Shown here: positions 1 to 8,464 of the stretch, in pieces
Position numbering within the stretch: the first letter of the stretch is position 1
Layout: each line of letters starts with the position of its first letter
NCBI GenBank assembly: GCA_963737905.1
Contig: CAVTUQ010000009.1
Location: forward strand, 96,001-160,000
DNA length: 64,000 bases
Direction of reading: 5' to 3'
Origin: an uncultured delta proteobacterium
GTDB lineage: Bacteria; Desulfobacterota; Binatia; UBA9968
Notes under the pieces: generated by a model
What the model was told of the DNA's origin: nothing
Seen by the model: only the letters and a program-made list of their open reading frames with translations
Database searches by the model: none
Translations under genes and position numbers: made by a program

Positions 1-2
1 CC

Positions 3-356
3 GCGGTTCCCCATCCGCTTGTCGCCGCGGCGGTGACGGCGACTTCCTCGTTGGTCGTGTCGCTACTGACTCTGTGGTACGTCGAAAGGAGTCAACAGAC
101 TTGGAAGATGAACCGGCAGTGCTTTGGGTGGTTTCTCGCCGCCGGCTTAACCATCAGTGTGGCCATGGTGTGTATCTACTATGCGCTGGATCTAGGTAAG
201 GTTTCGGTGGTGATCCCGATCGCCAGCACCGGGCCGTTTTTCTCCTTGATCTTGGCCGCAACGTTTTTGCGCGACGTCGAGCGCGTCACGTCAAGGATCG
301 TTCTCAGTGCCGCCATGCTCGTGGGCGGGGTAGTGCTGCTTACGCTGTGGAAGTAA
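3..356 (+). CDS. EamA/DMT family transporter, C-terminal part (runs off window start)
   Basis: Frame open from window edge; hydrophobic helices and ALDLGKVSVVIPIASTGPFFSLILA..FLRDVERVT motif, paralogous to the EamA genes at 27867 and 52117. Confidence 0.85.
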   Translation, partial: AVPHPLVAAAVTATSSLVVSLLTLWYVERSQQTWKMNRQCFGWFLAAGLTISVAMVCIYYALDLGKVSVVIPIASTGPFFSLILAATFLRDVERVTSRIVLSAAMLVGGVVLLTLWK

Positions 357-528
357 TCCGCGCCATAGACCTTCTGCGACGGATATGGAATTTCATGCTC
401 GTTCTAATCAGCCGATTTGTCGTAGTGGACCGAAAAGGAATTCGATAGGCCAGGGATATAAACGATAGGGATTGATCACAAAGTATGCTAGTAATGACGA
501 CAGAAATTTTCGAGAAAGAGGTTATTGA

Positions 529-726
529 ATGAATACAGGCACTGTAAAGTTTTTTAATGCTGAAAAACATTTTGGTTTCATCACTCGCGATAGTGGAGGT
601 GATCTGTTTTTCCATATATCTGAAGTTCAAGGACAGCCGCCACGCGAGGGTGACAAAGTAGAATTTGAAGTTGGCCAAGGCAAAAAAGGTCCTTGCGCTG
701 TCAGTGTTAAAGTCAAAGGAAACTAA
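529..726 (+). CDS. cspA: Cold-shock protein
   Basis: GTVKFFN..KHFGFI (RNP1) and DLFFHISE (RNP2), 65 aa, SD GAGG upstream. Confidence 0.95.
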   Translation: MNTGTVKFFNAEKHFGFITRDSGGDLFFHISEVQGQPPREGDKVEFEVGQGKKGPCAVSVKVKGN

Positions 727-728
727 GA

Positions 729-1346
729 CTGAATCGGAACAGAAAAACCAACGATCGATGTCCGATTTGCGGTTTCAATCGGCCTTTCTGTATCTGCGAC
801 GCCATACCGAGAATCGAGTTAAACACCAAGATTTGTCTTGTCGTTCATGCTCGGGAGCTGAGGCGAGCAACCAATACAGGTCGGCTCGCGCTAAGAGCTT
901 TAGTGAATAGCGAAATGCGGGTACGAGGGCAAACAAGAGAAGCTCTCGACCTGAGAGATCTCCTAATTCCTCGGTATCGGACTTTGTTGTTTTATCCCTC
1001 AGAGGATGCCGTGGAATTAGATAAAGAACTTGTGGCGCAAGACCCCAAGCCGATTCAGCTCATTGTTCCCGATGGAACCTGGCGACAGGCGAGCAAAGTT
1101 CACTTCCGTCATCCTGAATTGAAAGACGTGAAAAGGGTGATGATCAGCACTCCGAACATCTCGAAGGTTCATCTACGCGCCCAACACAGACGAGAAGGGA
1201 TGGCCACCTTACAGGCCATCGCCCATGGTCTTGGGGTTATCGAAGGCGAGGTCGTGAAGACTCAGCTGATGAAGCTTTATCATGCCAAGCTCGAGCAAAC
1301 GTTATTAGGGCGTGGGCTCTTCATGGAAGCAAAAAGCTTGACCTGA
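729..1346 (+). CDS. DTW-domain protein (tRNA-uridine aminocarboxypropyltransferase-like), probable CTG start
   Basis: DGTWRQA motif, TLQAIA; frame open upstream of GTG 903 and encodes RCPICG...CICD zinc knuckle and HARE...TNTG motif; CTG 729 follows SD AGGA 717-720. Confidence 0.85.
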   Translation: MNRNRKTNDRCPICGFNRPFCICDAIPRIELNTKICLVVHARELRRATNTGRLALRALVNSEMRVRGQTREALDLRDLLIPRYRTLLFYPSEDAVELDKELVAQDPKPIQLIVPDGTWRQASKVHFRHPELKDVKRVMISTPNISKVHLRAQHRREGMATLQAIAHGLGVIEGEVVKTQLMKLYHAKLEQTLLGRGLFMEAKSLT

Positions 1347-1489
1347 ATTTAATCTGAGGGCAATCGCCGCGCCTGGGGCAGCCTTGTGGACAGCGTTGAT
1401 GACGGCTTCGAATAATGCAAGGCGCCGGGGCGCCAGGCGGACGCCTGGCTCCGATTACAACACAATCATAAGTCGTCGAAGCTAAATAG

Positions 1490-1730
1490 CGTTGAAGATA
1501 CTCGGGGCCGAAGGTGGAAAAGATTTCACGGATGGAGGTCATGATCGAGTCCCCTCCATCACGTGATTGATCAACTGGCAGGCATCTTCCTGGCCTTGTT
1601 TTTCTTGTGGCCGTGAGCCGGAAAGACTAGCCGGGGATGGCAATGAGTGAGCCAGTATTGGCGCAGCAAATGGAGGGTGGGCTGGGGCAGCGCGACGTAG
1701 CGGCCTTGGCGCCCTTGCCGCGGTGGAAAA
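1490..1730 (-). mobile_element. Decayed tyrosine recombinase + IS91-like transposase remnant
   Basis: Minus strand gives HRGKGAK/RYVALPQPTLHLLRQYWLTH..LVFP (integrase core), then QGQEDACQLINHVMEG* overlapping MTSIREIFSTFGPEYLQRY (N-terminus like IS91-type Zn-binding transposases). Confidence 0.65.
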
Positions 1731-1842
1731 GACTCCCGACCCGCTTTCCGATCTGTGCAGGAGTTGCTGTATGATAGCGATGTTGGTGCGATTATGATCT
1801 ACCTATTTTCGATGGAAGATTACCCAGAAGGAGGAACTAACA

Positions 1843-2418
1843 ATGGCGATTTCCATACATCCGGCGGTTGATCAGGGCATGAAACCTGGGGCTAAGAACT
1901 TCGCGGGCGGTACGCTGATCTGCCACTGCCCTGACAAGAAGGTGGCGGTAGCGATTGATAGCCAGTGTGCCCATAACCATGTGTGCGGGTGCACCCAGTG
2001 CTGGAAGCCGGCGGGCGCGCTGTTCTCCCAGGTCGCGGTCGTGCCACGCGGCAAAGTCCGTGTAACTGCCAATGAGGACAAGTTGGCGGTCGTGGATCCG
2101 AACGCGGTTATCAAACGACACGCTTGCAAAAATTGCGGCGTGCACATGTACGGACGCATCGAGAACGAAAAGCATCCGTTCTTCGGCTTGGATTTCATCC
2201 ATACGGAACTATCGTCGAATGAAGGCTGGGCACCGCCGGAATTTGCGGCCTTTGTCTCTTCCATTATCGAGTCCGGAACCAATCCCGCCGACATGGGCGC
2301 GATCAGAACTAGACTGAAAGAGCTGGGCCTAGAGCCCTATGACTGCTTGTCGCCTGAGCTAATGGACGCAATTGCGACCCATACTGCGAAAGCAGCGGGC
2401 GTGCTCAGTCGCGGATAG
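1843..2418 (+). CDS. gfa: S-(hydroxymethyl)glutathione synthase (glutathione-dependent formaldehyde-activating enzyme)
   Basis: [57 protein letters not shown]; strong SD. Confidence 0.95.
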   Translation: MAISIHPAVDQGMKPGAKNFAGGTLICHCPDKKVAVAIDSQCAHNHVCGCTQCWKPAGALFSQVAVVPRGKVRVTANEDKLAVVDPNAVIKRHACKNCGVHMYGRIENEKHPFFGLDFIHTELSSNEGWAPPEFAAFVSSIIESGTNPADMGAIRTRLKELGLEPYDCLSPELMDAIATHTAKAAGVLSRG

Positions 2419-2488
2419 TGAAGGCGCCCTCGACCTCGTTGTTAGAGTTCGCCACACAGCCCGAGCTGATGCGAAAGGAGATATAATT

Positions 2489-2896
2489 ATGACAGAGGCG
2501 CATATTCTGAGAATCGACTCGTTGCCGGTGGTCGACCGTGGCAACGGCATCCAAACGATTCCTTTAGTCACGAAAGAGATCGGCTCGAAGCAGATAACCA
2601 CCGGGTTAACCCGTTTTCCGGCCGGCACCAAGGTGCCGCTCCACTCACACAACTGCGACGAACAGGTAACGATCCTCGAAGGGGAGGCCGAGGCAGAAGT
2701 TGACGGGCAGCAACACCGCTTGCATCCTTTTGATACGACGCTTGTCCCCGCGGGCAAGCCGCATCGGTTTATAAATGTGGGGACATCTCACCTCACGATC
2801 CTGTGGATATACACCAGTGCCGATGTAACACGAACCTTCACGGAAACTGGCGAGACAGTTGCCCATCTTTCCGGCCGTGATCTGGTCAGTTCCTAA
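2489..2896 (+). CDS. Cupin-domain protein
   Basis: PLHSHNCDEQVTILEG...PAGKPHRF cupin motifs; SD AAGGAG before ATG 2489. Confidence 0.85.
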   Translation: MTEAHILRIDSLPVVDRGNGIQTIPLVTKEIGSKQITTGLTRFPAGTKVPLHSHNCDEQVTILEGEAEAEVDGQQHRLHPFDTTLVPAGKPHRFINVGTSHLTILWIYTSADVTRTFTETGETVAHLSGRDLVSS

Positions 2897-2985
2897 TTTC
2901 ACAGGTATAGACGGCACGGACTCGCTTGATTACCGGGCGATCCTCACGGGCGCGAAAAGCGTTAAAGCGCGAGGTCGATGTATAG

Positions 2986-3378
2986 TTAGTGTTTAGCGCC
3001 GTCCCAGCCGTGGGTCGAGATGTCGAACACGATGCCGTTGGGGTCGCGAAACTTGTGCTCGGCGTTGGCCGGATTGTGACCGGTTGGTCCCGGATGGTAC
3101 TTGCCGCCATGCCCCTCGATCACCTGCTTCATTGTCTGGATGTCGTCCACCCAGATGCCGAAATGGTGCAATCCGACGAAGTCTTTGCCGCGCTCGTCGC
3201 CGGCATCCTCCTCGGTCTCGAACTGGAGCAGCGTGAGATTCATTACCCCGTCCGAGAGCCGCGTCGCCACCCGCGACTCAGAGACGCGCTCGAATCCGAA
3301 TGTGTCTTCGTAAAACTTCGCCGCCTTCTCCTTGTCAGGCACCGAGATCGCGATATGTCTGAGTTTGCCCTTTGCCAT
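2986..3378 (-). CDS. VOC/glyoxalase family protein
   Basis: LRHIAISVPD..AAKFY, GLHHFGIWVDD, FRDPNGIVFDI; SD GGAGG before ATG 3378. Confidence 0.85.
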   Translation of the reverse strand: MAKGKLRHIAISVPDKEKAAKFYEDTFGFERVSESRVATRLSDGVMNLTLLQFETEEDAGDERGKDFVGLHHFGIWVDDIQTMKQVIEGHGGKYHPGPTGHNPANAEHKFRDPNGIVFDISTHGWDGAKH

Positions 3379-3399
3379 GTCCGTCCTCCATTCTGACCA

Positions 3400-3490
3400 C
3401 GGGACCCACAGTGGCCGGCCATTGCCCATCCCCTTGGCCCGGGCTTTGCCCGGCGCCGATAACAATGGCGATTTTCCTTCTAAACACATG
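3400..3490 (-). pseudogene. N-terminal fragment of an SDR oxidoreductase
   Basis: Frameshifted LEGK/IAIVIGAGQSPGQG/MGNGR Rossmann start only, with no remainder. Confidence 0.55.
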
Positions 3491-4115
3491 GCCGCCTGCC
3501 GAAGTAGTCCGCGTCTGGACTCCAACTGACTTTCTCTGCCCACAACGACGCGGCTTCATAAATGATATGAAAAACCGGCTCCTTGAGAAAGAGATAACCG
3601 TCGATACTTTCCGGGAAAAGCTGTGACGCTCGGCGTTTCAGGAGTTCGTACTCGGCGCGAACGTCTTCCGACGAGCGAAGATAGTCACGAAACAGCAGCG
3701 CATACCGCTGGTTGAAACGTCCGAGCTCTCGGATATGTATATGTGTTCGTCGTTCACCCTCCGGTTCTCTCATGAAGAGCTTGCGCAACTCCGAATCTGT
3801 CTCGGACTTTTTGTGAAAGACGTCGTATTCGAACGTCGCGCCCTCGCGAAACCCCGCGGCTCTGAGAAGGCTCGCCAACCCGCCGGCCTCGTCCAAGTTG
3901 GAAACTGTGATCTGTATATCTATGACATCTTTACCGCCGAGTCCTGAAACGGCGGTAGAACCGATGTGATCGATTCGCATCGCGGTATTCCCAACCAAGT
4001 CGCGGATGTCACTCGCAATACGACTGAACTCGTTCACCCAGTGGGGCTGATAAGAAGTAATCACCACCGAGCGGGATTTTTTAGTCATGTCAACCTCAGG
4101 CATAGCGTCTGCCAT
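3480..4115 (-). CDS. GrpB family protein (nucleotidyltransferase fold)
   Basis: IDHIGSTAVSGLGGKDVIDIQITV, HIHIR, LLFRDYLR..YELLK, Y...K. Confidence 0.85.
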   Translation of the reverse strand: MADAMPEVDMTKKSRSVVITSYQPHWVNEFSRIASDIRDLVGNTAMRIDHIGSTAVSGLGGKDVIDIQITVSNLDEAGGLASLLRAAGFREGATFEYDVFHKKSETDSELRKLFMREPEGERRTHIHIRELGRFNQRYALLFRDYLRSSEDVRAEYELLKRRASQLFPESIDGYLFLKEPVFHIIYEAASLWAEKVSWSPDADYFGRRPCV

Positions 4116-4172
4116 GGCGTCTAACGCATAGCGTTTTATCCTGGATGCCTGGTAGCGATCAAGTTCTGAAAA

Positions 4173-4296
4173 GTCGAGGATCTGAAGTTTCTACGGGCGC
4201 ACACAAAGAAGGTGATCAAGATGACCGTGCCGGGCCCCGTTCACGATGAACCAGCAGGCCCAGAACGACTACTATCCGAGCGAGGAGGAGGCAGCG
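4173..4296 (+). pseudogene. Internal fragment of cobalamin-independent methionine synthase II family gene
   Basis: VEDLKFLRAHTKKVIKMTVPGP/FTMNQQAQNDYYPSEEEAA with one frameshift; no start or remainder. Confidence 0.6.
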
Positions 4297-4298
4297 TC

Positions 4299-4375
4299 GC
4301 TGATCGCTTATGGCATATAGATAAAACCAACGGATCATACGCTATAGGCCATAAGCTATAGGCTAGCTTAGCTAG
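4299..4375. repeat. TATGGC/GCCATA heptamer-repeat hairpin element
   Basis: GCTGATCGCTTATGGCAT.TAGAT...GCTATAGGCCATAAGCTATA; related copy at 55274-55358. Confidence 0.7.
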
Positions 4376-4388
4376 CAGCCTGTGCAAG

Positions 4389-4418
4389 TTGACACTCAAC
4401 TATGTCATCAGATAGGCT
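4389..4418 (+). promoter_or_regulatory. Putative sigma70 promoter for the ABC operon
   Basis: TTGACA-18nt-TAGGCT, 9 nt upstream of ATG 4428. Confidence 0.45.
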
Positions 4419-4427
4419 CCGCCCGAA

Positions 4428-5201
4428 ATGCGACGAAGACTTATCTCCCTTGCGGAGCTTGTGTTTCCCTTCGTCGTGGCAGCGGTTGCCTGGCAAGCGT
4501 TCTCGCTTCTCGGGCCGTTCCCGCAAAAACTTTTTCCTACCGTTGAAACGATCGCTGCGGCCTTCACCCGCCTCATCGCCGACGGAATTCTACCTCTACA
4601 CGCTCTCCATACGTTGCTCCGTCTGCTGCTCGCATTCTTGCTTGCCGCATTGGTCGGGGTGGGGCTTGGGATCATTATCGGCCGATACCGTTGGGCCGAG
4701 GATTTTTTCCTGCCGCTCGTGAGCATCGGCAATCCGGTTCCAGGCTTGGCCTATGCGCCGCTTTTCGTATTGTGGTTCGGCCTCGGTAATCTTCCTGCCA
4801 TCCTTCTCGTCGCATTCGCGGCGGCTTTCCCCATCGTCCTCAACACCTGGACGGGCGTCAAGGCAGTAAAGGAGATCTGGATCCGCGCGGCGCAGTCGAT
4901 GGGCGCTGAGGATCACCAGCTCTTCTGGAAGGTTGTCCTTCCCAGTGCTTTACCCTATGTCCTTACCGGCTTAAGGCTCGGCCTGGCTCGCGCGTGGCGA
5001 GTACTGGTTGCCGTCGAGATGCTGACTTCCGTCTCGCTCGGGCTTGGCTGGCTCATCTTCGGCGCGCGCGAGTTCCTGAATACGGACGTGATGCTGGCGG
5101 GCATCGCGGTCATCGGTATCGTCGGGCTTCTGCTGGAGAAGCTGGTTTTCGAAAAGATCGAGCAACTAACAGTTGTCCGCTGGGGGATGATGGAAAGATG
5201 A
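4428..5201 (+). CDS. NitT/TauT/SsuC-type ABC transporter permease
   Basis: 6 TM helices, EAA-like loop IRAAQSMGA, LPSALPYVLTGLRLG..AWRVLVAVEM. Confidence 0.9.
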   Translation: MRRRLISLAELVFPFVVAAVAWQAFSLLGPFPQKLFPTVETIAAAFTRLIADGILPLHALHTLLRLLLAFLLAALVGVGLGIIIGRYRWAEDFFLPLVSIGNPVPGLAYAPLFVLWFGLGNLPAILLVAFAAAFPIVLNTWTGVKAVKEIWIRAAQSMGAEDHQLFWKVVLPSALPYVLTGLRLGLARAWRVLVAVEMLTSVSLGLGWLIFGAREFLNTDVMLAGIAVIGIVGLLLEKLVFEKIEQLTVVRWGMMER

Positions 5202-5248
5202 GGCCGCGCCGATATGCTTCGTCTCACTGCGTTCTCGGTAAAAAGGAG

Positions 5249-5377
5249 TATTCACCGCGGAGGCACGAAGGACACGAAGGAAGAGTAATGTAACCGCAAA
5301 GCGCGCAAAGGACGCAAAAATGTAGGGGCGGGTTTCAAACCCGCCCTCCTTCGTGTCCTCGCGTGTGTGCTTGTGAA
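5249..5377. repeat. Nested intergenic repeats (CACGAAGGA 9-mer arms, CGCAAAG repeats, GTAG-type REP)
   Basis: CACGAAGGACACGAAGGA...TCCTTCGTGTCCTCGCGTG arms enclose CGCAAAGCGCGCAAAGGACGCAAA and GTAGGGGCGGGTTTCAAACCCGCCC (5322-5346). Confidence 0.75.
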
Positions 5378-5386
5378 GATTTTGAC

Positions 5387-6178
5387 GTGACGAAAAAACG
5401 CAATCTAATACGCTCCACGCTTGGAACGATTCTTTCCATCGGCCTGGCCTGCCTGATCTGGGAAGCCTTTGCGCGGAGCGGTCTCTTCGCTCCGGCGCTG
5501 GCCCCGTCCGTGGTTGCGATCGGCCGGGCTTTAGTCGGAATGCTTCTGAGCGGTGCCATGCTTCGCCATACTGCATACACGCTCTATCGTGTCCTCTTCG
5601 GACTCCTCCTGGCGTGTCTAGTGGGTGTGCCCATTGGGATTCTCATGGGACGGTTTCGGCGTGTCGAGCGCTTTTTCGTTCCGTTGGTGAGCGTTCTCAT
5701 GCCGATCCCTTCGTTGGCTTGGGTGCCGGTCTTCATTCTCTGGTTCGGTCTGGGCAACGCGGCGACGATCGCGCTGGTCTTTTACGCCGCGACCTTCCCG
5801 GTGATTTTCAACACCTGGACCGGCGTGCGCTCGGTCAATCGCCTCTGGATTCGCTCCGCAGAGGCGATGGGCGCCGACGAGAAAGTGCTCTTTCACAAAG
5901 TGATCCTGCCGGGAGCGCTTCCCCTTATCATCACGGGATTTCGCCAGGCCTTTGCGCGGGCGTGGATCGCAGTGGTTGGCGGCGAAATGATCGCGGCCAC
6001 TTCGTGGGGCTTGGGTTGGGTCATCTTCGACTCCAAGGAATTTCTCAATACCGATGTCATGCTGGCGAGCCTAGCGATCATCGGAATCGTGGGACTCGTC
6101 TTCGAGCGACTGATCTTCCAGACCTTGGAACGGCGCACGGTGGGTCGCTGGGGCATGGTGAAGGCGGTCCAAGCTTGA
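5387..6178 (+). CDS. NitT/TauT/SsuC-type ABC transporter permease
   Basis: Paralog of 4428; IRSAEAMGA loop, AWIAVVGGEM; probable GTG start 5387. Confidence 0.9.
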   Translation: MTKKRNLIRSTLGTILSIGLACLIWEAFARSGLFAPALAPSVVAIGRALVGMLLSGAMLRHTAYTLYRVLFGLLLACLVGVPIGILMGRFRRVERFFVPLVSVLMPIPSLAWVPVFILWFGLGNAATIALVFYAATFPVIFNTWTGVRSVNRLWIRSAEAMGADEKVLFHKVILPGALPLIITGFRQAFARAWIAVVGGEMIAATSWGLGWVIFDSKEFLNTDVMLASLAIIGIVGLVFERLIFQTLERRTVGRWGMVKAVQA

Positions 6179-6202
6179 ATTGTGGAGTTCGGAAAAGACT
6201 AC

Positions 6203-6470
6203 TCACGCAAAGGCACAAAGGGCGCCAAGTATAAAAATTGCAAATTCGAAACTCGAAACCTGTCCTGAGCAGCGAAGTCGAAGAATCCGAAATTCGAAAC
6301 AATTTCAGATGATCAAAAATCAGAAAGTTCCAAACAAACCGTTTTCGGTGAAGCAAGAATCGAAGAATTATTCACCGCGGAGGCGCGGAGAACACAGAGA
6401 AAAAAATAGATAACCTCTGTGAACTCTACGTCTCTGTGGTGAAGATTGATTAGGATTTCGGGTTTTGAGT
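6203..6470. repeat. Nested intergenic repeats (AAATTCG heptamers, CTGAGC..GTCGAAG motif, 9-mer hairpin)
   Basis: AAATTCGAAACTCGAAAC/AATCCGAAATTCGAAAC left arm, GGATTTCGGGTTTTGAG right arm; internal hairpin TTCACCGCGGAGGCGCGGAGAACACAGAG...CTCTGTGAACTCTACGTCTCTGTGGTGAA (6371-6443). Confidence 0.75.
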
Positions 6471-6471
6471 T

Positions 6472-7224
6472 ATGCATCAGATCGAGCTGCGAAACATCAG
6501 CGTTCACTATGAATCCGCCGGTAACTCTGTGACGGCGCTTCAAAATATCAGCTTCAGCGTGGAAGCAGCAGAATTTTTATGTGTCGTGGGCCAGAGCGGC
6601 TGTGGTAAAACCACGATGCTCAACATCGTTGCCGGTTTTCTCAAGCCCACCCAAGGGGAAATTTTGATCAGCGGGAAGACTGTGACAGGCAAGGGGCTTG
6701 ACCGTGGCATTGTGTTTCAGGATTTCGCCCAGCTCTTTCCCTGGCGAACAGCCCAGCGAAACATCGAGTTTGGCCTGGAAATGAAAGGGATAGCGAAGGA
6801 GGAGAGGGCGGAGATCGCCCTGCGATTTCTCCGTCTGGTGAATCTCGATAAATTTGCTCGTTCCTATCCTCACGAGCTATCCGGCGGGATGCAGCAGCGC
6901 GTTGCCATCGCCAGAGCCCTCGCCTATAATCCGGCGGTCTTGCTCATGGATGAGCCCTTCGCGGCGCTGGACGCTCTCACTCGCGAAGAGATGCAGCGCT
7001 TCCTCGTCGACGTATGGAGGGAAACCAAAAAGACCGTCGTCTATGTAACCCACAACGTCGCCGAGGCCGTGTTTCTGGCCGACCGCGTCATCGTCTTTTC
7101 GCCGCATCCCGGGACAGTGAAAGCTCAGGTGAAAATCACGCTGCCGAGGCCTCGGGACACTTTGAGCGTCGAGTTCCTTGAGTATCAGAAAGAAATCGTT
7201 GGCCACATCGTCAGCCGCCAATGA
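6472..7224 (+). CDS. NitT/TauT-type ABC transporter ATP-binding protein
   Basis: Walker A GQSGCGKTT, LSGGMQQR, LMDEPFAALD, YVTH. Confidence 0.95.
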   Translation: MHQIELRNISVHYESAGNSVTALQNISFSVEAAEFLCVVGQSGCGKTTMLNIVAGFLKPTQGEILISGKTVTGKGLDRGIVFQDFAQLFPWRTAQRNIEFGLEMKGIAKEERAEIALRFLRLVNLDKFARSYPHELSGGMQQRVAIARALAYNPAVLLMDEPFAALDALTREEMQRFLVDVWRETKKTVVYVTHNVAEAVFLADRVIVFSPHPGTVKAQVKITLPRPRDTLSVEFLEYQKEIVGHIVSRQ

Positions 7225-7299
7225 TATTCGATTGGGGAAGGAATGCATGAACAAAAAAATCCGGCGGTGAGCCGAGTCGCACGATACCGATGCGGGGCA

Positions 7300-7440
7300 C
7301 TTTCGTTGTCTGCTGCACCTAGGCTCTGGGATCTCTTCGAACAGAGGAAGCTCTTGGCTGAGCTAGCCGCGAAGGGCCGGCGGCCGACGATGTTTCCCGA
7401 CATAGGTTTTGTAGAACCGGGTGGGCTTATGAGTATTCTT
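7300..7440 (+). pseudogene. Fragment of ABC_sub_bind-type substrate-binding protein gene
   Basis: QRKLLAELAAKGRRPTMFPDIGFVEPGGLMS resembles the conserved ..LA...RLP..Y....FV..GGLMSYG segment. Confidence 0.45.
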
Positions 7441-7616
7441 TGTGCGCGAGAAGACGGGTCCAAGCCTTACCGATATCGGCACGGGAGATGAGTCCTAGCG
7501 AGAAGAATAGATTGGTTTGCAGCGGCTCTTATGAACCGCCACGTCAACGCCATTGCGGCCGACTGAGTGCCTGTAGCTACCGAGCGGTCCGACCCGTGCT
7601 CCCCATCGATAGTTGC

Positions 7617-8267
7617 CTAGGCCGTCTTAGCGAACCCTTCATTCACTTCTTTCTCGAAGGCGAGCAGCTTCTGGACGCTCGGGCGCTCCTGCATACGCTT
7701 GAAATGCGCCGCGACGTTGGGGAAGTCTGAAAGGCTCACCTCCAACTGGGTGGCGCGGCGGCAGCACCAAAAGAAATGCGCGTCCGGGGCGGTGAAATGG
7801 TCGAAGAAATGCTCACGTCCGGCCAGCATATCGTCGGCGATCCGGAAGTTCTCGAACAGATTTTCCGTGGCCAACTTAACGACGCTGTCGGACGCGCCCG
7901 TTGCGTCGCAGACCTTGGGCGGGTTGTTGATCCGGCTCAGATAGGGGTGGATGCCGCTGGCACACCAGGCGTGGAGCGAGATTGCCTTCAACTCGTCCCA
8001 CGGATCGCTGGGCAGGATCTTCGCGGCGGGGAAGGTCCGATGGACCCATTGATGGATGGCGACGTTCTCGGTCAGTATCTTGCCGTCGACCACAAGCGCA
8101 GGCACCTTGTGCTTGGGGTTGATTTTCAGGTACTCGGGCGAGAAATTCTGCCGCTTGCGGAAATTAAGCGGCCGGGCCTCGAAGTCGGCGCCCGCTTCGG
8201 TCAGCGTGACATAGGGCGCGAGCGCGCAGGTGTTGGGGGCGTAGTAAAGAGCGAGTTCCATATTCAC
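7617..8267 (-). CDS. Glutathione S-transferase (beta-class-like)
   Basis: LYYAPNTCAL, YLKINPKHKVPAL, LTENVAI, FTAPDAH. Confidence 0.9.
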   Translation of the reverse strand: MNMELALYYAPNTCALAPYVTLTEAGADFEARPLNFRKRQNFSPEYLKINPKHKVPALVVDGKILTENVAIHQWVHRTFPAAKILPSDPWDELKAISLHAWCASGIHPYLSRINNPPKVCDATGASDSVVKLATENLFENFRIADDMLAGREHFFDHFTAPDAHFFWCCRRATQLEVSLSDFPNVAAHFKRMQERPSVQKLLAFEKEVNEGFAKTA

Positions 8268-8464
8268 GTCTCCTCATTAGTTTGATTGATCAATCGCGAA
8301 TCTAGTACCAGCCTGTGGTAAGTGCAACCCATCCAAGAGCGGCAATCGTTCCAGACATACCCGGCACAATCGAGTTGGAGATGGATGCGGAGCTGACGCT
8401 CGAAGTGGCTATGGCAGAATTTCAGTCCACGAAAACCAACAATCGCTCTCGAAAGAGCCTTTAA

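Noticed and set aside
6180-6413. Short ORFs across repeat regions (also 15760-16020, 20917-21129, 41816-42151, 48797-49120)
   Set aside because: They are translations of the repeat elements (e.g. SKFNVQ, FKSFQPFK) with no credible SD
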